From positions 2,656,001 to 2,720,000 of the forward strand of contig OY970194.1 of assembly GCA_963708075.1 (NCBI GenBank): a DNA stretch of 64,000 nucleotides, written 5' to 3'. Positions 41,577 to 52,239 of this stretch are shown piece after piece. Below the pieces are notes generated by a model, which saw only the letters and a program-made list of their open reading frames with translations, searched no databases and was not told where the DNA came from. The position numbers were made by a program, and so were the translations under genes. This DNA comes from Sedimentisphaerales bacterium (lineage in GTDB: Bacteria > Planctomycetota > Phycisphaerae > Sedimentisphaerales > Anaerobacaceae). Each line of letters opens with the position of its first letter. The stretch's first letter is position 1.

Positions 41577-41810
41577 TGTTTGTGTCTCCTTAACTCACTC
41601 AATGAACTGTCTGTTGCTCTCACTGGCTATCTAACCAGAGCAGGCCGCACAGGTCAAGTAGAACGTCCTGCTATCGCAGTATTCTACAGGGCCACGTGGC
41701 GGGAATTCAACAGGAAATACTCAAGGAAAATCTCTCCCCGGGAAAGCCATGAATTCAGCCGGATTCAGGGCCGCCAACGATATACCCGCTGCCTGGTGCG
41801 GGAAAAGCCC

Positions 41811-42644
41811 TTATGGAGCCGCCGTTTGGGCGGAAGGCGGCGTTTGCGACGCAGTTTTTAGCTGCTCCCGCAGCTTTTTGACCTCCTCAGCCCGTTCCGC
41901 ACCGGGCCCCCACGGGTCAAAAGAGAGGTCCGTCTTATTCAGGGTGCGAACGATCTTCCAGGCGGCAATTCGAACGCCAAGGTACTCATGCTCCAGGGCA
42001 TCGAGCACCACCGGCAAGACACCGGGCCCCCCCTTAAGCAGGCTGTCGATGGCGTCCTGACGCACCTTAGGTTCTTTGTGGCCCAGGAGATCCGTCAACT
42101 GAGCGGGGCCCTGGGTCGTGGTCTGAGGCGCCTTCTGTCCCTCACCGTCTGGTCCCTCCACCGGCCGGCCGACCTGGGGAGCTTTCTTCGTACCGACAGT
42201 CGTATTCAGGTATGGCTGAATATCCGCCAGGAGTTGAAGGAACGCCTTGGTATCGCGATAACCCAGCCAGTCGCCGATAATCTCGTTCTGCGTGTTGAGG
42301 ACGATGATCCTCGGCATCGAGACGACTCCGTACACCATCGCAACATCACGGTTCTTATCCACGTCGAGCTTCACGCAGACGAATTTCCTTAGCTCCGAAA
42401 CGACCTTCGGCTCCACCAGTACCTCCCGTTCCAGTTTCTGGCACCACTGGCACCAGGAAGCCGTGAAGAACAACAGGACAGGTGATTTCTCCATCGCCGC
42501 CACCTTCGTGCTCACGTCGTAGGACTGCGACCATGCCACGCCGCTTTCCCGTTCGGCCGGAGGGGATTTCGCCTGCTCCTCGGCCGCCAGTTGCGCGGAC
42601 ATGATGAACAGGATGAATGCTGCGCAAACCTTAGTCTTTGCCAT
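41811..42644 (-). CDS. Exported thioredoxin-fold protein with a HEAT-like C-terminus
   Basis: Signal peptide; FTASWCQWC. Confidence 0.8.
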   Translation of the reverse strand: MAKTKVCAAFILFIMSAQLAAEEQAKSPPAERESGVAWSQSYDVSTKVAAMEKSPVLLFFTASWCQWCQKLEREVLVEPKVVSELRKFVCVKLDVDKNRDVAMVYGVVSMPRIIVLNTQNEIIGDWLGYRDTKAFLQLLADIQPYLNTTVGTKKAPQVGRPVEGPDGEGQKAPQTTTQGPAQLTDLLGHKEPKVRQDAIDSLLKGGPGVLPVVLDALEHEYLGVRIAAWKIVRTLNKTDLSFDPWGPGAERAEEVKKLREQLKTASQTPPSAQTAAP

Positions 42645-44037
42645 GAGTGATCTTCTCCCAGTAGCGGCCTGAGTCAAAATTCGGGCTGTTTTCCTTATCA
42701 TGACAATCCAGGCACCGAGGCGCCTTCATCAGCACTTTCTTGCCGGCGGCACTCTGGCTGGCCATAAGCTTGTTGTGATGGTCACCGCGCCCGTGACAGG
42801 CCTCGCAGGAGACATTTTTCAGATGACCGGTCAATTCCTGGCTCACGTAGCCATCCGAGGCCATGTACCCCACCGTGTGGCATTTCAGACACCTCGGATT
42901 GTACTGATGCCCCTGCTGCTCCAGCGACTCGAACGCGTGCGCGTGCTTGGACGCCAGCCAGATCTGGTACCCCACCTTGTGACAATCCCGGCAGCTCTCG
43001 GGCCCGACGTACCGGTCGGCGGTCTTACTGCGTGCGGCCGAGATGGAGGAAAGGCCCTCTTCATCGTCCTTGACGGGCCGGAAATCCCGAGCCTTAAGCT
43101 GCTCTTTGTATTCCTCGACCAGCGCCGTGATCTGTGCATCCTTCTCCATGGATTCTTCCAGCACGGTCATGCTGCCGGCGTACTGCCATGGCTCGTTCTT
43201 TTGATAGCGGATATCCAGTCGTCCGACGTTCTTTCCCTTGTCCGTGTTGAACACGATGGCTGACCGGTTCGCCAGGACCGGGTCCGTGGTGGCCTGTCGA
43301 ACCTTGCCGCCGACGATGACGTCGATCTCGAAAAACTGCGTCGCCAGGGCCTGCATCTGCGGCTCATCCGCGAATGCAAGCAGAACGATGAAATCCGCTT
43401 TCTGTTTGAGCTCGGGCAGGTACTTCGCAATCGCTTCCGTCGGCGCGACCAGACGAAGCCCGGCGCCAACCTGATCCGGCTCCACGCGATCGTCCACGAC
43501 GCCGATGATGCCGCAACGGTATCCATTGGACAGCTCCACCACAACATACGGCTCGACCACCGGCGCTCCATCGGGATCGAGCACGTTGGCCGAGATGAGC
43601 CGTCCGTAGTCCCGCCGGATGCGCCGCAAGCCCTCCAGGCCAAGGGAAAGCTCCCGATGCCCAACGTTGACGGCATGGTAGCCCATGACCTCATAGCCCT
43701 TGAGGATGTACTCCATCTCCAGGAGCTCCCATTCACGGGGCCCGGCGACAACATCCCCGGCATCGACGAGCAGAAAGTCCCTGGGGATATTGTGAGCCAG
43801 GAACGCGCGGCGGCGGCTGATCCCCCCTGCCATGCCGCTTGCACAGCCGCACGGCTCCATGTGCCCCTGGGTGTCACACGTGTAAAAGATGGAAAACGTC
43901 TCCGGCGGCCGGGCCGCTGCAGAGCCCAACCCCGGCCTTGATCCGCGCATGACAAATGCCAGCAAAAGCAGCACGAGTATTACCAGACTCGCCACGGCGA
44001 TGGCGGCACGGGATTTCTTCTTGCCTTCTACTCCCAC
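42631..44037 (-). CDS. UshA/5'-nucleotidase-like metallophosphoesterase domain plus tetraheme c-type cytochrome
   Basis: DTQGHMEPCGC..GG, VDAGD, NVGHRE, SANV; CRDCH, CLKCH, CEACH, CLDCH. Confidence 0.8.
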   Translation of the reverse strand: MGVEGKKKSRAAIAVASLVILVLLLLAFVMRGSRPGLGSAAARPPETFSIFYTCDTQGHMEPCGCASGMAGGISRRRAFLAHNIPRDFLLVDAGDVVAGPREWELLEMEYILKGYEVMGYHAVNVGHRELSLGLEGLRRIRRDYGRLISANVLDPDGAPVVEPYVVVELSNGYRCGIIGVVDDRVEPDQVGAGLRLVAPTEAIAKYLPELKQKADFIVLLAFADEPQMQALATQFFEIDVIVGGKVRQATTDPVLANRSAIVFNTDKGKNVGRLDIRYQKNEPWQYAGSMTVLEESMEKDAQITALVEEYKEQLKARDFRPVKDDEEGLSSISAARSKTADRYVGPESCRDCHKVGYQIWLASKHAHAFESLEQQGHQYNPRCLKCHTVGYMASDGYVSQELTGHLKNVSCEACHGRGDHHNKLMASQSAAGKKVLMKAPRCLDCHDKENSPNFDSGRYWEKITHGKD

Positions 44038-44048
44038 TCAAACCGCTC

Positions 44049-44726
44049 CTAATGAGTCAGCGCATACGTGAAGATGTTCACATTGATCTCCTGACTGTTC
44101 TTGATCTCGTTGCCCCCGCAGCAGCAACACTGGCGGCCGCCATCCTTGCCGGCGTTGCCCGTGTCGTTCAGGCCCTCCGGCGAGTAGATCAGGACGATTT
44201 TGCCCTCGATTTCCAGTCCCTCAAGCTGCGTTGTCCCGCCCTTCTTCAGTTGGATGGCGTGGACATCGAACACCGTGTGAAAGATCGGATGGTCCATGCC
44301 GATCTTGACGAGCTTCTTGTCCGGGAAGATCCTGCGGACCTCCTGCCGGAAGGACTGGTCCCACGGCGCGGAGGAGCAACCCGCCGAGGCAAGCAGGAAT
44401 CCCCCTCGCGTCAAATAGGATTTCAGGATCTGACGCTCCCTTTCCGTCAGGCCGAACGATCCTTCGCCCGTCATGATGGCGAACGGGAACCGGAATACCT
44501 CCTCATCAGCGAGCTTGACGGCCGTGAATCTCCGCTCGGGTTGGCAGTTGGTCTCGCGGCTTACTGTAGCCAGGAACTGGTCGCTGAAACATACCGAGCT
44601 CTTGGATACCGCGTAGACAAGGTTGGCGCATCTGAGTTTCTCCCCTTCATCGGAGGATTGATTCTGTGCCCCTGACACGCTGAGCAGGACCATCGGCAGG
44701 ATCAGGTACATGGCTTTCTTGTTCAT
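44049..44726 (-). CDS. DUF4159 domain protein
   Basis: FPFAIMTG..YLTRGGFL..DHPIF..NIFTYALTH. Confidence 0.8.
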   Translation of the reverse strand: MNKKAMYLILPMVLLSVSGAQNQSSDEGEKLRCANLVYAVSKSSVCFSDQFLATVSRETNCQPERRFTAVKLADEEVFRFPFAIMTGEGSFGLTERERQILKSYLTRGGFLLASAGCSSAPWDQSFRQEVRRIFPDKKLVKIGMDHPIFHTVFDVHAIQLKKGGTTQLEGLEIEGKIVLIYSPEGLNDTGNAGKDGGRQCCCCGGNEIKNSQEINVNIFTYALTH

Positions 44727-44749
44727 CGTTCAGTTCTCCCGCGTGTTAG

Positions 44750-44777
44750 CGCGGGCGGGATTGAAACCCGCCCCTAC
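44750..44777 (-). repeat. GTAG-type REP palindrome overlapping a stop codon
   Basis: Minus strand GTAG-GGGCGGG-TTTCAAT-CCCGCCC. Confidence 0.65.
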
Positions 44778-47656
44778 TTGTCCTCGGCCAGCCGCCGGAA
44801 GTAGGCCTCAATCAGTTGTCTGTATTCGGCCATCATGCGGCTGTCACCCGCGACATTGGACTCCTTGTCCTGTTTGGATTGAGGGGTCAGCTCCTCGATG
44901 TTCCCGGACAGATCATGCCGGGTCGGAGCATTGATTGCCTGCGCCTCTGCCTTCTCGACGCCTGGAATTGTCGTGGACTCCTTCAGCATGTCCCGGCCGA
45001 ACGTGTCATTGCCGAACACGGACATACTGGACTGCCCGCCTCCATACCCGGAGGCGCCCCGCCCAAGCGCACCCATCAGTCCCATGCCCATGCCCTGGCC
45101 CTGGCCCATCCCCATGCCAAGCCCCTGGGCCAGTTGGTTCATCGTATTGCCTGGATTCAGCATCATCTGAATCTTCAGCCGGAACTCACAGTTCTTGCAG
45201 CCCTTGCCGCCGGTGTTCTCACAAAAGGAAATCATGGCGGCCATCTGTTTCAGGGCCTCGGCCACGTTTGGATAACCCTCCACTCCGCTGCCCCGATTGA
45301 GAAAGCCGGCCCCGGTCTGCATCAAGTCGACGATGCGCCGCTCTTCGATCTCGGCGGCGATTTTCTGAGCATCATCGGCGACCTTCGGATAGGCCTCTCT
45401 GATCTCCTCGCCATGCTCCCGGAACTGCTTCTTCAACGTGTCGAGCCCCTTCTGAACGGCCGTCTCCCGTTCACCAAGCTCCTTAAGGCGAACGCGGGTC
45501 TCAAGATCATCCGCTTCGACCTCGCTGAACGACTTCGTCTCGCGGGTCAGATGCTTCTGCTCCATGTACAGCATCTTGAAGGTTTCGACATCGGCCATCA
45601 GCTTCATCACCTGCTCGATCTCCCTGTTGGCCTGCTGGATCTTGTCCTTCATCTCCTTCGTCTGTGCCCCAAGCGCTTCGAGGGCCTTCTTCTGTTCCTC
45701 CATGGCGTTGGCAACATGCGGCGAGGGCTTTGCGCCGGCCTGAGAGCCGTCCTTCATCTCCTGGGCACTATTGGCCATGTGGCCCTCGGCTGTGGTCATA
45801 CTTGTGCTGAAGTCCGCCAGGAATTGCTTATAGTCCTTCTCAATATCGAAGACCGGCGGATTCTTCGATTCCTCCGCCAGTTTCTCGGCCAGCGACTGCG
45901 CCTTCTTCGCCAGCTCATCCTGCCGCTTCTCCAAGTCCTGCAGCTTCTCCTGCGAAGCCTGGGACGGCGGCGCGTCGCCGGCTTTGGCGAGACTCTCCTG
46001 AAGAGCTTCCGTCTCGCGAGCCAGTTGCTCCTGGGCCGCGACAAGCTGGTCCATCTGGCTGATGATGTTGTCATATTTGAGCCGCAGGTCCTTCGCCGTC
46101 ATCTCATTCCGCATCATCTCGGCGAACTCCTCCTCGGAGATGATCTGCAGCTTGTACGGCTCAGTGGATATCGTTTGGGGCGATGCGGGAAGCGAGTCGG
46201 TGGCCGTGGCGTAGAAATCGATTACGTCGCCCGGCCGGACGCCCAAGTCCGCCAGGTCCAGCGTCTCCATCACGTTGACGAATATCCCGCCGCCCCCCTG
46301 CTGCATCAGATGTTTGCGGGCGTCGTCCGAGTCATTGAAGCTGCGGTAAATACTGACATCGCTGATGCCGAGATCGTCCTGTGCCTCGATCAGGATGGGG
46401 ATCTTGGCCGTGGGGATGGCCAGCGACTGGATGGCGGGACTGGTGATACTGATCATCGGCTTGTTGTCGGGGATGATCGTCGCCCTGCCTTTGAACGGCT
46501 CGGTGCTGGCGTTGCCTTCGACATCCTTGACGGTCAGGGAGAAGTCGCCCTGGTCGGTCAATGGAAAGACAACCTGTGCCGTGTTATCCGGCTGGCCCGT
46601 GCACGTGTACGACCGATTGCCGATGCTGATCGTTCCGCCGCTCAGCGGGCGATTGGATGCCACGTTCATCGTCACCTCGGTGCCCTTGTACGCCTTCAGT
46701 GTGCTGTCGCCCTCGCTCAACGTGGTGTTTCTCTCCTGAAGCCGCGAATACGACGGATAACGATAGTGCACGCGGACCGACTCGATCCGAGGCGTCTTGC
46801 ACAGGGAGACTCGGTAATACTTGCTCCTTCCCCGCTCTACGCCCGCCCAGTAGATCAGGTCGGAACGGATGTCTTCGATAGTCTGGAAGTAGCTGCCGTC
46901 CTGGGATTTGAACATGGGGACCTTGTTGGCCTCGCCGCCTTCCGGATTCTTGACGAGGAGCGAGACGTCCTTGGGCGTCCGGCCACGAGCGGTCACCTTC
47001 ACGGTGAGCGCCTTGCCGTAATCCACCACGGCCCCGGCGGGATCGACGATCAGTTTCGTCGCGCTGTAGGGCGGATGATCCGCGTACGGCGAGAGAAACC
47101 GCGGCAGCTCGGTGAACATCCAGCCGGAGAAGACAATCATGGAGACCACCCACACCGCCAGAACACCCGCGAGAATGTAATACTCCTGCCGCAGCGTCGG
47201 CGGCTTGAGGCTTTCCAGTGCCTCCAGATGATCGAAGGACTGGACGGCACGCTCGATGCCTTTGCGCATCAGCGCCGGCGATGCGCCGCCGATACCGCGA
47301 TCGTCCAGCCGGTGCTCAAAGTCAATAGCGTTGGTCAGGTCGTTGCCGATCTCGGGATGCTCGCTCTCCACGAGGCGGGCCAGCATTTTGTCTTTGGCGA
47401 CCGTCCGGTTCAGCCGCCACTGGGTCACCACCACTACGGCAAGGGTTGCCGCGATCGCCGCCAGGTTCAGGGTCATGCGTGCCCACGAGCCCAACTGCAT
47501 GACCGCGTCCAGGTAGAAGCAAAGGGCGATCAGCGTCAACCCGACCCACAGGCCCCGCACGAGGGCCAGCCGCCACACCGCTCGCCTGCGAACGCCATTC
47601 AGCAGCGCCACGGCATCTCTCACCGACACTTGCGCCTCGATTGCTGGATTCATCAT
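44774..47656 (-). CDS. Large membrane/coiled-coil protein (DUF4175-like) of the MoxR operon
   Basis: Three N-terminal TMs, AQDDLGI, AxDS, long Q/E-rich coiled coil, EYRQLIEAYFRRL end; RBS GAGGTGG. Confidence 0.75.
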   Translation of the reverse strand: MMNPAIEAQVSVRDAVALLNGVRRRAVWRLALVRGLWVGLTLIALCFYLDAVMQLGSWARMTLNLAAIAATLAVVVVTQWRLNRTVAKDKMLARLVESEHPEIGNDLTNAIDFEHRLDDRGIGGASPALMRKGIERAVQSFDHLEALESLKPPTLRQEYYILAGVLAVWVVSMIVFSGWMFTELPRFLSPYADHPPYSATKLIVDPAGAVVDYGKALTVKVTARGRTPKDVSLLVKNPEGGEANKVPMFKSQDGSYFQTIEDIRSDLIYWAGVERGRSKYYRVSLCKTPRIESVRVHYRYPSYSRLQERNTTLSEGDSTLKAYKGTEVTMNVASNRPLSGGTISIGNRSYTCTGQPDNTAQVVFPLTDQGDFSLTVKDVEGNASTEPFKGRATIIPDNKPMISITSPAIQSLAIPTAKIPILIEAQDDLGISDVSIYRSFNDSDDARKHLMQQGGGGIFVNVMETLDLADLGVRPGDVIDFYATATDSLPASPQTISTEPYKLQIISEEEFAEMMRNEMTAKDLRLKYDNIISQMDQLVAAQEQLARETEALQESLAKAGDAPPSQASQEKLQDLEKRQDELAKKAQSLAEKLAEESKNPPVFDIEKDYKQFLADFSTSMTTAEGHMANSAQEMKDGSQAGAKPSPHVANAMEEQKKALEALGAQTKEMKDKIQQANREIEQVMKLMADVETFKMLYMEQKHLTRETKSFSEVEADDLETRVRLKELGERETAVQKGLDTLKKQFREHGEEIREAYPKVADDAQKIAAEIEERRIVDLMQTGAGFLNRGSGVEGYPNVAEALKQMAAMISFCENTGGKGCKNCEFRLKIQMMLNPGNTMNQLAQGLGMGMGQGQGMGMGLMGALGRGASGYGGGQSSMSVFGNDTFGRDMLKESTTIPGVEKAEAQAINAPTRHDLSGNIEELTPQSKQDKESNVAGDSRMMAEYRQLIEAYFRRLAEDK

Positions 47657-47707
47657 ATATCCACCTCGGATTCTCGTGCCGATTCCTTCCGAGAATTTCG
47701 CATCTAT

Positions 47708-47803
47708 GGGTGGCAGCGCCAAGCGCAGCTTGGCGATGGTTTGCCCAGGCAATGGCTTGTCCATTCGCCATCGCCAAGGCCTTCAGCCTTGACGCTGCCA
47801 CCC
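47708..47803. repeat. Palindromic element GGGTGGCAGCG...CGCTGCCACCC, copy 1
   Basis: Homologs at 53268-53347 and, inverted, at 61731-61786. Confidence 0.8.
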
Positions 47804-47842
47804 GGATTGGCGTCCCGTACCACGCTATTTCAGCTTCACTTC

Positions 47843-50092
47843 TTACAGCAGTCCTGAGGCTCTCCTCAGGAACCACTCGATGCCAAGGACACAAATCAGC
47901 ATACTGAATACCGGCAGGCGATCCCAGATGTCCTTCGGCTTGACGCGTTCCCTCGCCAGCGTCTCAAACGCCTGCATCTTGTCCGGCAAGGCGTCCAGTT
48001 CCGCCACCTCGAGCATTTCCCCGCCCGTGACCTCGGCAATCAGGTTCATCATCTCCCTGTCGGCTTGCACGCAGCGCTGCTCGACGGAATCATCATAGAC
48101 CGTGAAGCGCACCATGTCCTTCTCGGGCTTGCCGATATTGCTGAAGAGGATCGCCTCGTACTCGCCTTCGGCCTCGGGAGCAAACTGCGCCACGTAGACA
48201 GCCTCGTTATCCTGCCGGGGCTCCGGGGTGAGCCGGACCTTGCGGCCGTCCGGCTGTGCCAACTCGATCCTCGGCTTATAGCGCGACCGCTCCACGAGCT
48301 TGGCGCTGACGGTCATCCGGATCATCTCCCCCGGCCGGTACGTGTTCTTGTCGATCTGGAACGAGACGTCCCGGCCGGGCAGAAATTCCGAGCCCGAGAC
48401 CAGCCAGCGAATCATCTGGCTCCAGAACCGCCCGTAGACATCATCATACTGCTCCAGCCGCTCCGGGAGGAAGCTCCACTGCCACAGGCCGGAGGCCCCG
48501 ATGCTCATGACCTTGCCTTTGCCGTACCGCTGGTAAACCACCGTCGCAATCTGCTCGCTGCGCCGGCCCTCTTCGACACGGGCCAGCACGACAGCCAGTG
48601 ATTTCTCATCCGTGACCCTCGTGACGCTCGTCATCGCGGGAAGCTCGCGGATGATAACGTCGCTGGCCTTCCCGCGAGAGCCGTAATCGAATATCGGGTT
48701 TGCCTTGCCCTCCTCCGTCAGCTCGAAGTGCGCATCCGTAAGTGTCCCGTCGCCCCACCGGACCGGCTCAATCTTCGCCAGCTCCGGACTACTTCCCGCG
48801 TAGGGCTTGCCCCGAAAGAACACGACGCTGCCCCCGTCTTCGCCGATATACTCCTGGAGCAGTTTCAACTCGCTACTCGAGAAAACCTCATCGATATCCT
48901 TGCCCAGGAAGATGCAGTCGTACTTTCGCAGTTCCTCTCGCGTCCGCGGCATCTGGAGCCCCGGCATCACCGTTTTCTCCGTCGTTTTGTCCTCGGAGAG
49001 CTTCTCCACGACGGCAAACGTCTTATCCGGATTGATATAGAAGATCGAGGTGACTTCCACGTTCATATCCGCGCGGAGCGTGCGAAGCAGGAACTTGCTG
49101 TCCCAGTGCGGCCGGGCCTCTACCACCAGGACTCTCGTCTTGTCGTCGATCACACGGGCGATCACGCTTCGCTTGTTGTTCGCCGGGTCGCTCTCGCCTG
49201 CCAGCGGGTCCACCTCCACGCGGTACTGGAACGTCCCTCTTTGCTCCTCGCGGATGGGGAAGCTGGTCTCCGCGTGCCCATTCTCGAGCATCACCTGCTT
49301 CGACGTGACGAGCTTATCCTCGCGATACAGGTGGATGTTGGCTGTCCAATCGGCATACCCGGTCCCCATGAGCGAGACGTTCACGGACGCGGGCTGTCCC
49401 GCCAGCAGGAAATTTGAGTTCAGCCGGGCGAGGACGTGGATGTCCTTCACCTCCGAGGCCGTCCCGACAGGAACCGTCCACACCGGGACCTTCAGGGTCC
49501 GAAGGTAGCGGGCCGCACTGCGCATGCTGGACTGCGGGTCCAGTTCATTGCTCCTGCCGTCGCTGAGGAGCAGGATGCCGCGCGTCCTGTTGTTTGCGCC
49601 GCCTTTGACGGAATCGGTCAGCGCTGCACCGATATGCGTTTCCCGGCCTTCCACTTGCTTGCTGTCGGCCAGGAATCGCAACGCCGTTCTCCGAAGGCCC
49701 TTGTCGAAACTGAATAGTTGCACCTCGTAGTTCCTGCCCAGCTTTGTGAGCAGGGAATTCTTCTTGGCTTGCAGAGCGCCGACGGCGGCCTCGTATCGGC
49801 TTTGATTTTCCACGTCCTTCGTGTTCATGCTCTGCGAGGTGTCCACGAGCACGGACAAAGCGGGCTTGTCCCGCGACTCCTCCTGCGGGATCAGGGCCAT
49901 CGGCCTCATCAGCAGGACGATCAGACCACAGAGCACCCCGACGCGCATCAGCACCAGAGCGATTCGCAGGAATCTGTGCATCCCACGGGCGGTACGCGCA
50001 TAGACCAGCAGGACCACAAGGGCCGTCACCGCGCCGATGCCCAGGAGCAACGGGACCGAAAACAGCGGATCAAATATGATGTTCCAGCCCAT
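47843..50092 (-). CDS. vWA plus GATase-like membrane protein
   Basis: MIDAS DTSQSM, LLSDG; C-terminal EWFLRRASGLL. Confidence 0.8.
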   Translation of the reverse strand: MGWNIIFDPLFSVPLLLGIGAVTALVVLLVYARTARGMHRFLRIALVLMRVGVLCGLIVLLMRPMALIPQEESRDKPALSVLVDTSQSMNTKDVENQSRYEAAVGALQAKKNSLLTKLGRNYEVQLFSFDKGLRRTALRFLADSKQVEGRETHIGAALTDSVKGGANNRTRGILLLSDGRSNELDPQSSMRSAARYLRTLKVPVWTVPVGTASEVKDIHVLARLNSNFLLAGQPASVNVSLMGTGYADWTANIHLYREDKLVTSKQVMLENGHAETSFPIREEQRGTFQYRVEVDPLAGESDPANNKRSVIARVIDDKTRVLVVEARPHWDSKFLLRTLRADMNVEVTSIFYINPDKTFAVVEKLSEDKTTEKTVMPGLQMPRTREELRKYDCIFLGKDIDEVFSSSELKLLQEYIGEDGGSVVFFRGKPYAGSSPELAKIEPVRWGDGTLTDAHFELTEEGKANPIFDYGSRGKASDVIIRELPAMTSVTRVTDEKSLAVVLARVEEGRRSEQIATVVYQRYGKGKVMSIGASGLWQWSFLPERLEQYDDVYGRFWSQMIRWLVSGSEFLPGRDVSFQIDKNTYRPGEMIRMTVSAKLVERSRYKPRIELAQPDGRKVRLTPEPRQDNEAVYVAQFAPEAEGEYEAILFSNIGKPEKDMVRFTVYDDSVEQRCVQADREMMNLIAEVTGGEMLEVAELDALPDKMQAFETLARERVKPKDIWDRLPVFSMLICVLGIEWFLRRASGLL

Positions 50093-50127
50093 GATATCCC
50101 ATCATCGCGAGTACATAAGTCACCCGT

Positions 50128-52239
50128 TCACTGCCGGAGCAGCATCGTCAAAAGCTGCTCGACGCACAACAGACCGATCGCCGCCAGCAGGAAATAGTGC
50201 CACAGCGGCCGTCCCTCCAGCAGGGCCTCGATGCCCACCGTGTCGGCGCTGGCCAGGAACGCCGCACTGGGGCCCTTTTTGGCAAGCTCCTTCAACTGAC
50301 CGGTGTCGAGCTTCTCCAGGTTGCTCTCCAGCGGGTCCACATTGACGGCAATGGACCCCGCGACCTTGCCGGAAGCGTGAACACGATAGAAGCCGCACGC
50401 ATTTGTCTTGGGGAAAAAGACGGCCGTGCCGCCCTGCCCCTTATCCAGGTTGCCCTCAATGGCCTGCCCGGCGGGGTTCTTGAACTCAAGCGGATCGGTG
50501 TCGGCCACCGGCGGAATCGTCGTGTAGCAGGGCTCGCCGACAAGGAACGCATTGCGGCGGCCGGTGCTGGGCCTGAGGCCCTTGACGATCTCATGGATCA
50601 GCGGCACGAACAGCGTATGCCGGGCCAGATCGCTGTGGCTCAGGGAGCAACTAAAATTGCACAGCAGAAGCGTGCCGCCGCCTACAACCGTCTGGGCCAT
50701 GGCGATGTTGCCGTCATCGTATTGCAGCAGGACCTGCCCTTTCTGCTTGATTCTCTCCGTGCTGAAGAACCTCTGAAACCTGAGCTCGCCCAGCTCGGGC
50801 GCTTCCCGGAACTTGCGGAGAATGTCATTATCGAAATTGCCCTGGGCAAGGCTTGCGTGTCCGCCGCGCTGAGACAGGTCGATCTGGCCCGTGAGCTTGA
50901 ACGGAAGCGTCAGGTTGCCTTCCGACCAGGCGGCGAGATGATCAAGGTTCTGGCTGCCCGCAGACCCCACGTGGAAATAGACTGCGCTGCCGCCGCTCTT
51001 GAGGTACTCCAGCAAGGCCTCTCCGGAGCGCCTCGACAATTCATGAATATCGGACAGCACAACCACCTGCGCAGCAGCCAGTGCCGCCGGGTTCAACTCG
51101 CTGGACGGAATGACTGTCGCGACGGCTGCCGCCTGGCGGGCTTCCTCAAACGGGTTGATCGCATTGACCAGAAAGCGAGCGCCGCTTTGCTCGCGGGTCC
51201 GGTCGTCATCGGTGACCACCAGCACGCCGATCTTCTCTGCCAGCGAGAGGATGAAATATCGCTGATTATCGATTTCGAGGCCGTCTTCAGGAATGAACAC
51301 CCGCCCCTCATATTGGCCGCTGTTGTGAATCCGCAGGTGAAAGCTGGTCGAGACGGTGGACTGTGGCTCAAGCTCCAGCTCCTGCTTGAAGCTTTCGCTA
51401 TCCCGAAACCGCATCTCGACGGGCAAGCGGTGCGGCCGATCGCTGTAATTGGCGACTTTGCACACGATTTCGATGTTCTCCGAGACGGTCGGAGAACCCG
51501 GCCGTATGGCCACGTCGGTCACGGCACAATTCTCCGCCCGCTCGGGACCCACCGGCAGAAACACCAGTTCGACATCCGGTTCGATTTTGCCGAAATCCAC
51601 GGACGACCAGTTCGTCCTCTGGAAGTCGGAAATGAAGCAGATGTGCTTGCTGCCCGCTGCGGCCTTGAGCTGGCTAACGGCCTCGGCAATCGCGGCGCCG
51701 ATATTGGGACACTCCTGCCGGACCGTGGCGTTGCGAATGTCCCTCCGGAGCAGAAAGAGGTTGTCACTGGGCTCGTCGAACGAGCTGTCCGGGGTCGCCC
51801 CCATGAGGATCAGATTGAACTGGTCCACCTTGCCATAATGGTCGAGCAGCGTCGTCGCCGCGGCTTTCGCCTGCGTCAGAGGGCTGACGCCTGCATACCG
51901 GTATTCCATGCTTGCGGAGACATCCATCAGAATGATCGTGGTCCGCCCCGCCTTTGGGTCCTGGGACCGGCCGCTTCCCTGCATGAGGGTGGGCCGCAAG
52001 AACGCAAGCAAAATCAACAGCAGCAAAGCGGTTCTCACCAGCAGCAGCAGGATATGCCGTACATGATACAGTCGCGACTGGTGGGCTCGGGCGGCCAGCA
52101 GGAACCGCAGAGAGGGGAAGGTCATGTTCTTCGGCGTGCGGCGGGTGAGCAGGTGGATCAGCAGCGGCACGCCGAGCGCGAACACCCCGATGGCCAGTGC
52201 CGGATTGGCGAACAGGATATTTCCTAAGAGAATCCGCAT
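50128..52239 (-). CDS. BatA-domain plus vWA membrane protein
   Basis: FANP..PLLIHLL..FPSLRFL..LLLLVR; DVSASM; ISDFQ; VNVDPLES. Confidence 0.85.
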   Translation of the reverse strand: MRILLGNILFANPALAIGVFALGVPLLIHLLTRRTPKNMTFPSLRFLLAARAHQSRLYHVRHILLLLVRTALLLLILLAFLRPTLMQGSGRSQDPKAGRTTIILMDVSASMEYRYAGVSPLTQAKAAATTLLDHYGKVDQFNLILMGATPDSSFDEPSDNLFLLRRDIRNATVRQECPNIGAAIAEAVSQLKAAAGSKHICFISDFQRTNWSSVDFGKIEPDVELVFLPVGPERAENCAVTDVAIRPGSPTVSENIEIVCKVANYSDRPHRLPVEMRFRDSESFKQELELEPQSTVSTSFHLRIHNSGQYEGRVFIPEDGLEIDNQRYFILSLAEKIGVLVVTDDDRTREQSGARFLVNAINPFEEARQAAAVATVIPSSELNPAALAAAQVVVLSDIHELSRRSGEALLEYLKSGGSAVYFHVGSAGSQNLDHLAAWSEGNLTLPFKLTGQIDLSQRGGHASLAQGNFDNDILRKFREAPELGELRFQRFFSTERIKQKGQVLLQYDDGNIAMAQTVVGGGTLLLCNFSCSLSHSDLARHTLFVPLIHEIVKGLRPSTGRRNAFLVGEPCYTTIPPVADTDPLEFKNPAGQAIEGNLDKGQGGTAVFFPKTNACGFYRVHASGKVAGSIAVNVDPLESNLEKLDTGQLKELAKKGPSAAFLASADTVGIEALLEGRPLWHYFLLAAIGLLCVEQLLTMLLRQ

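Noticed and set aside
47657..47764. N-terminal extension of the 996-aa ORF
   Set aside because: It translates a palindromic repeat; the RBS supports a start at 47656 or 47653.
44816..52227. Long plus-strand ORFs (1013 aa, 676 aa) and similar ORFs elsewhere
   Set aside because: They are antisense shadows of real high-GC genes and have no recognisable motifs.
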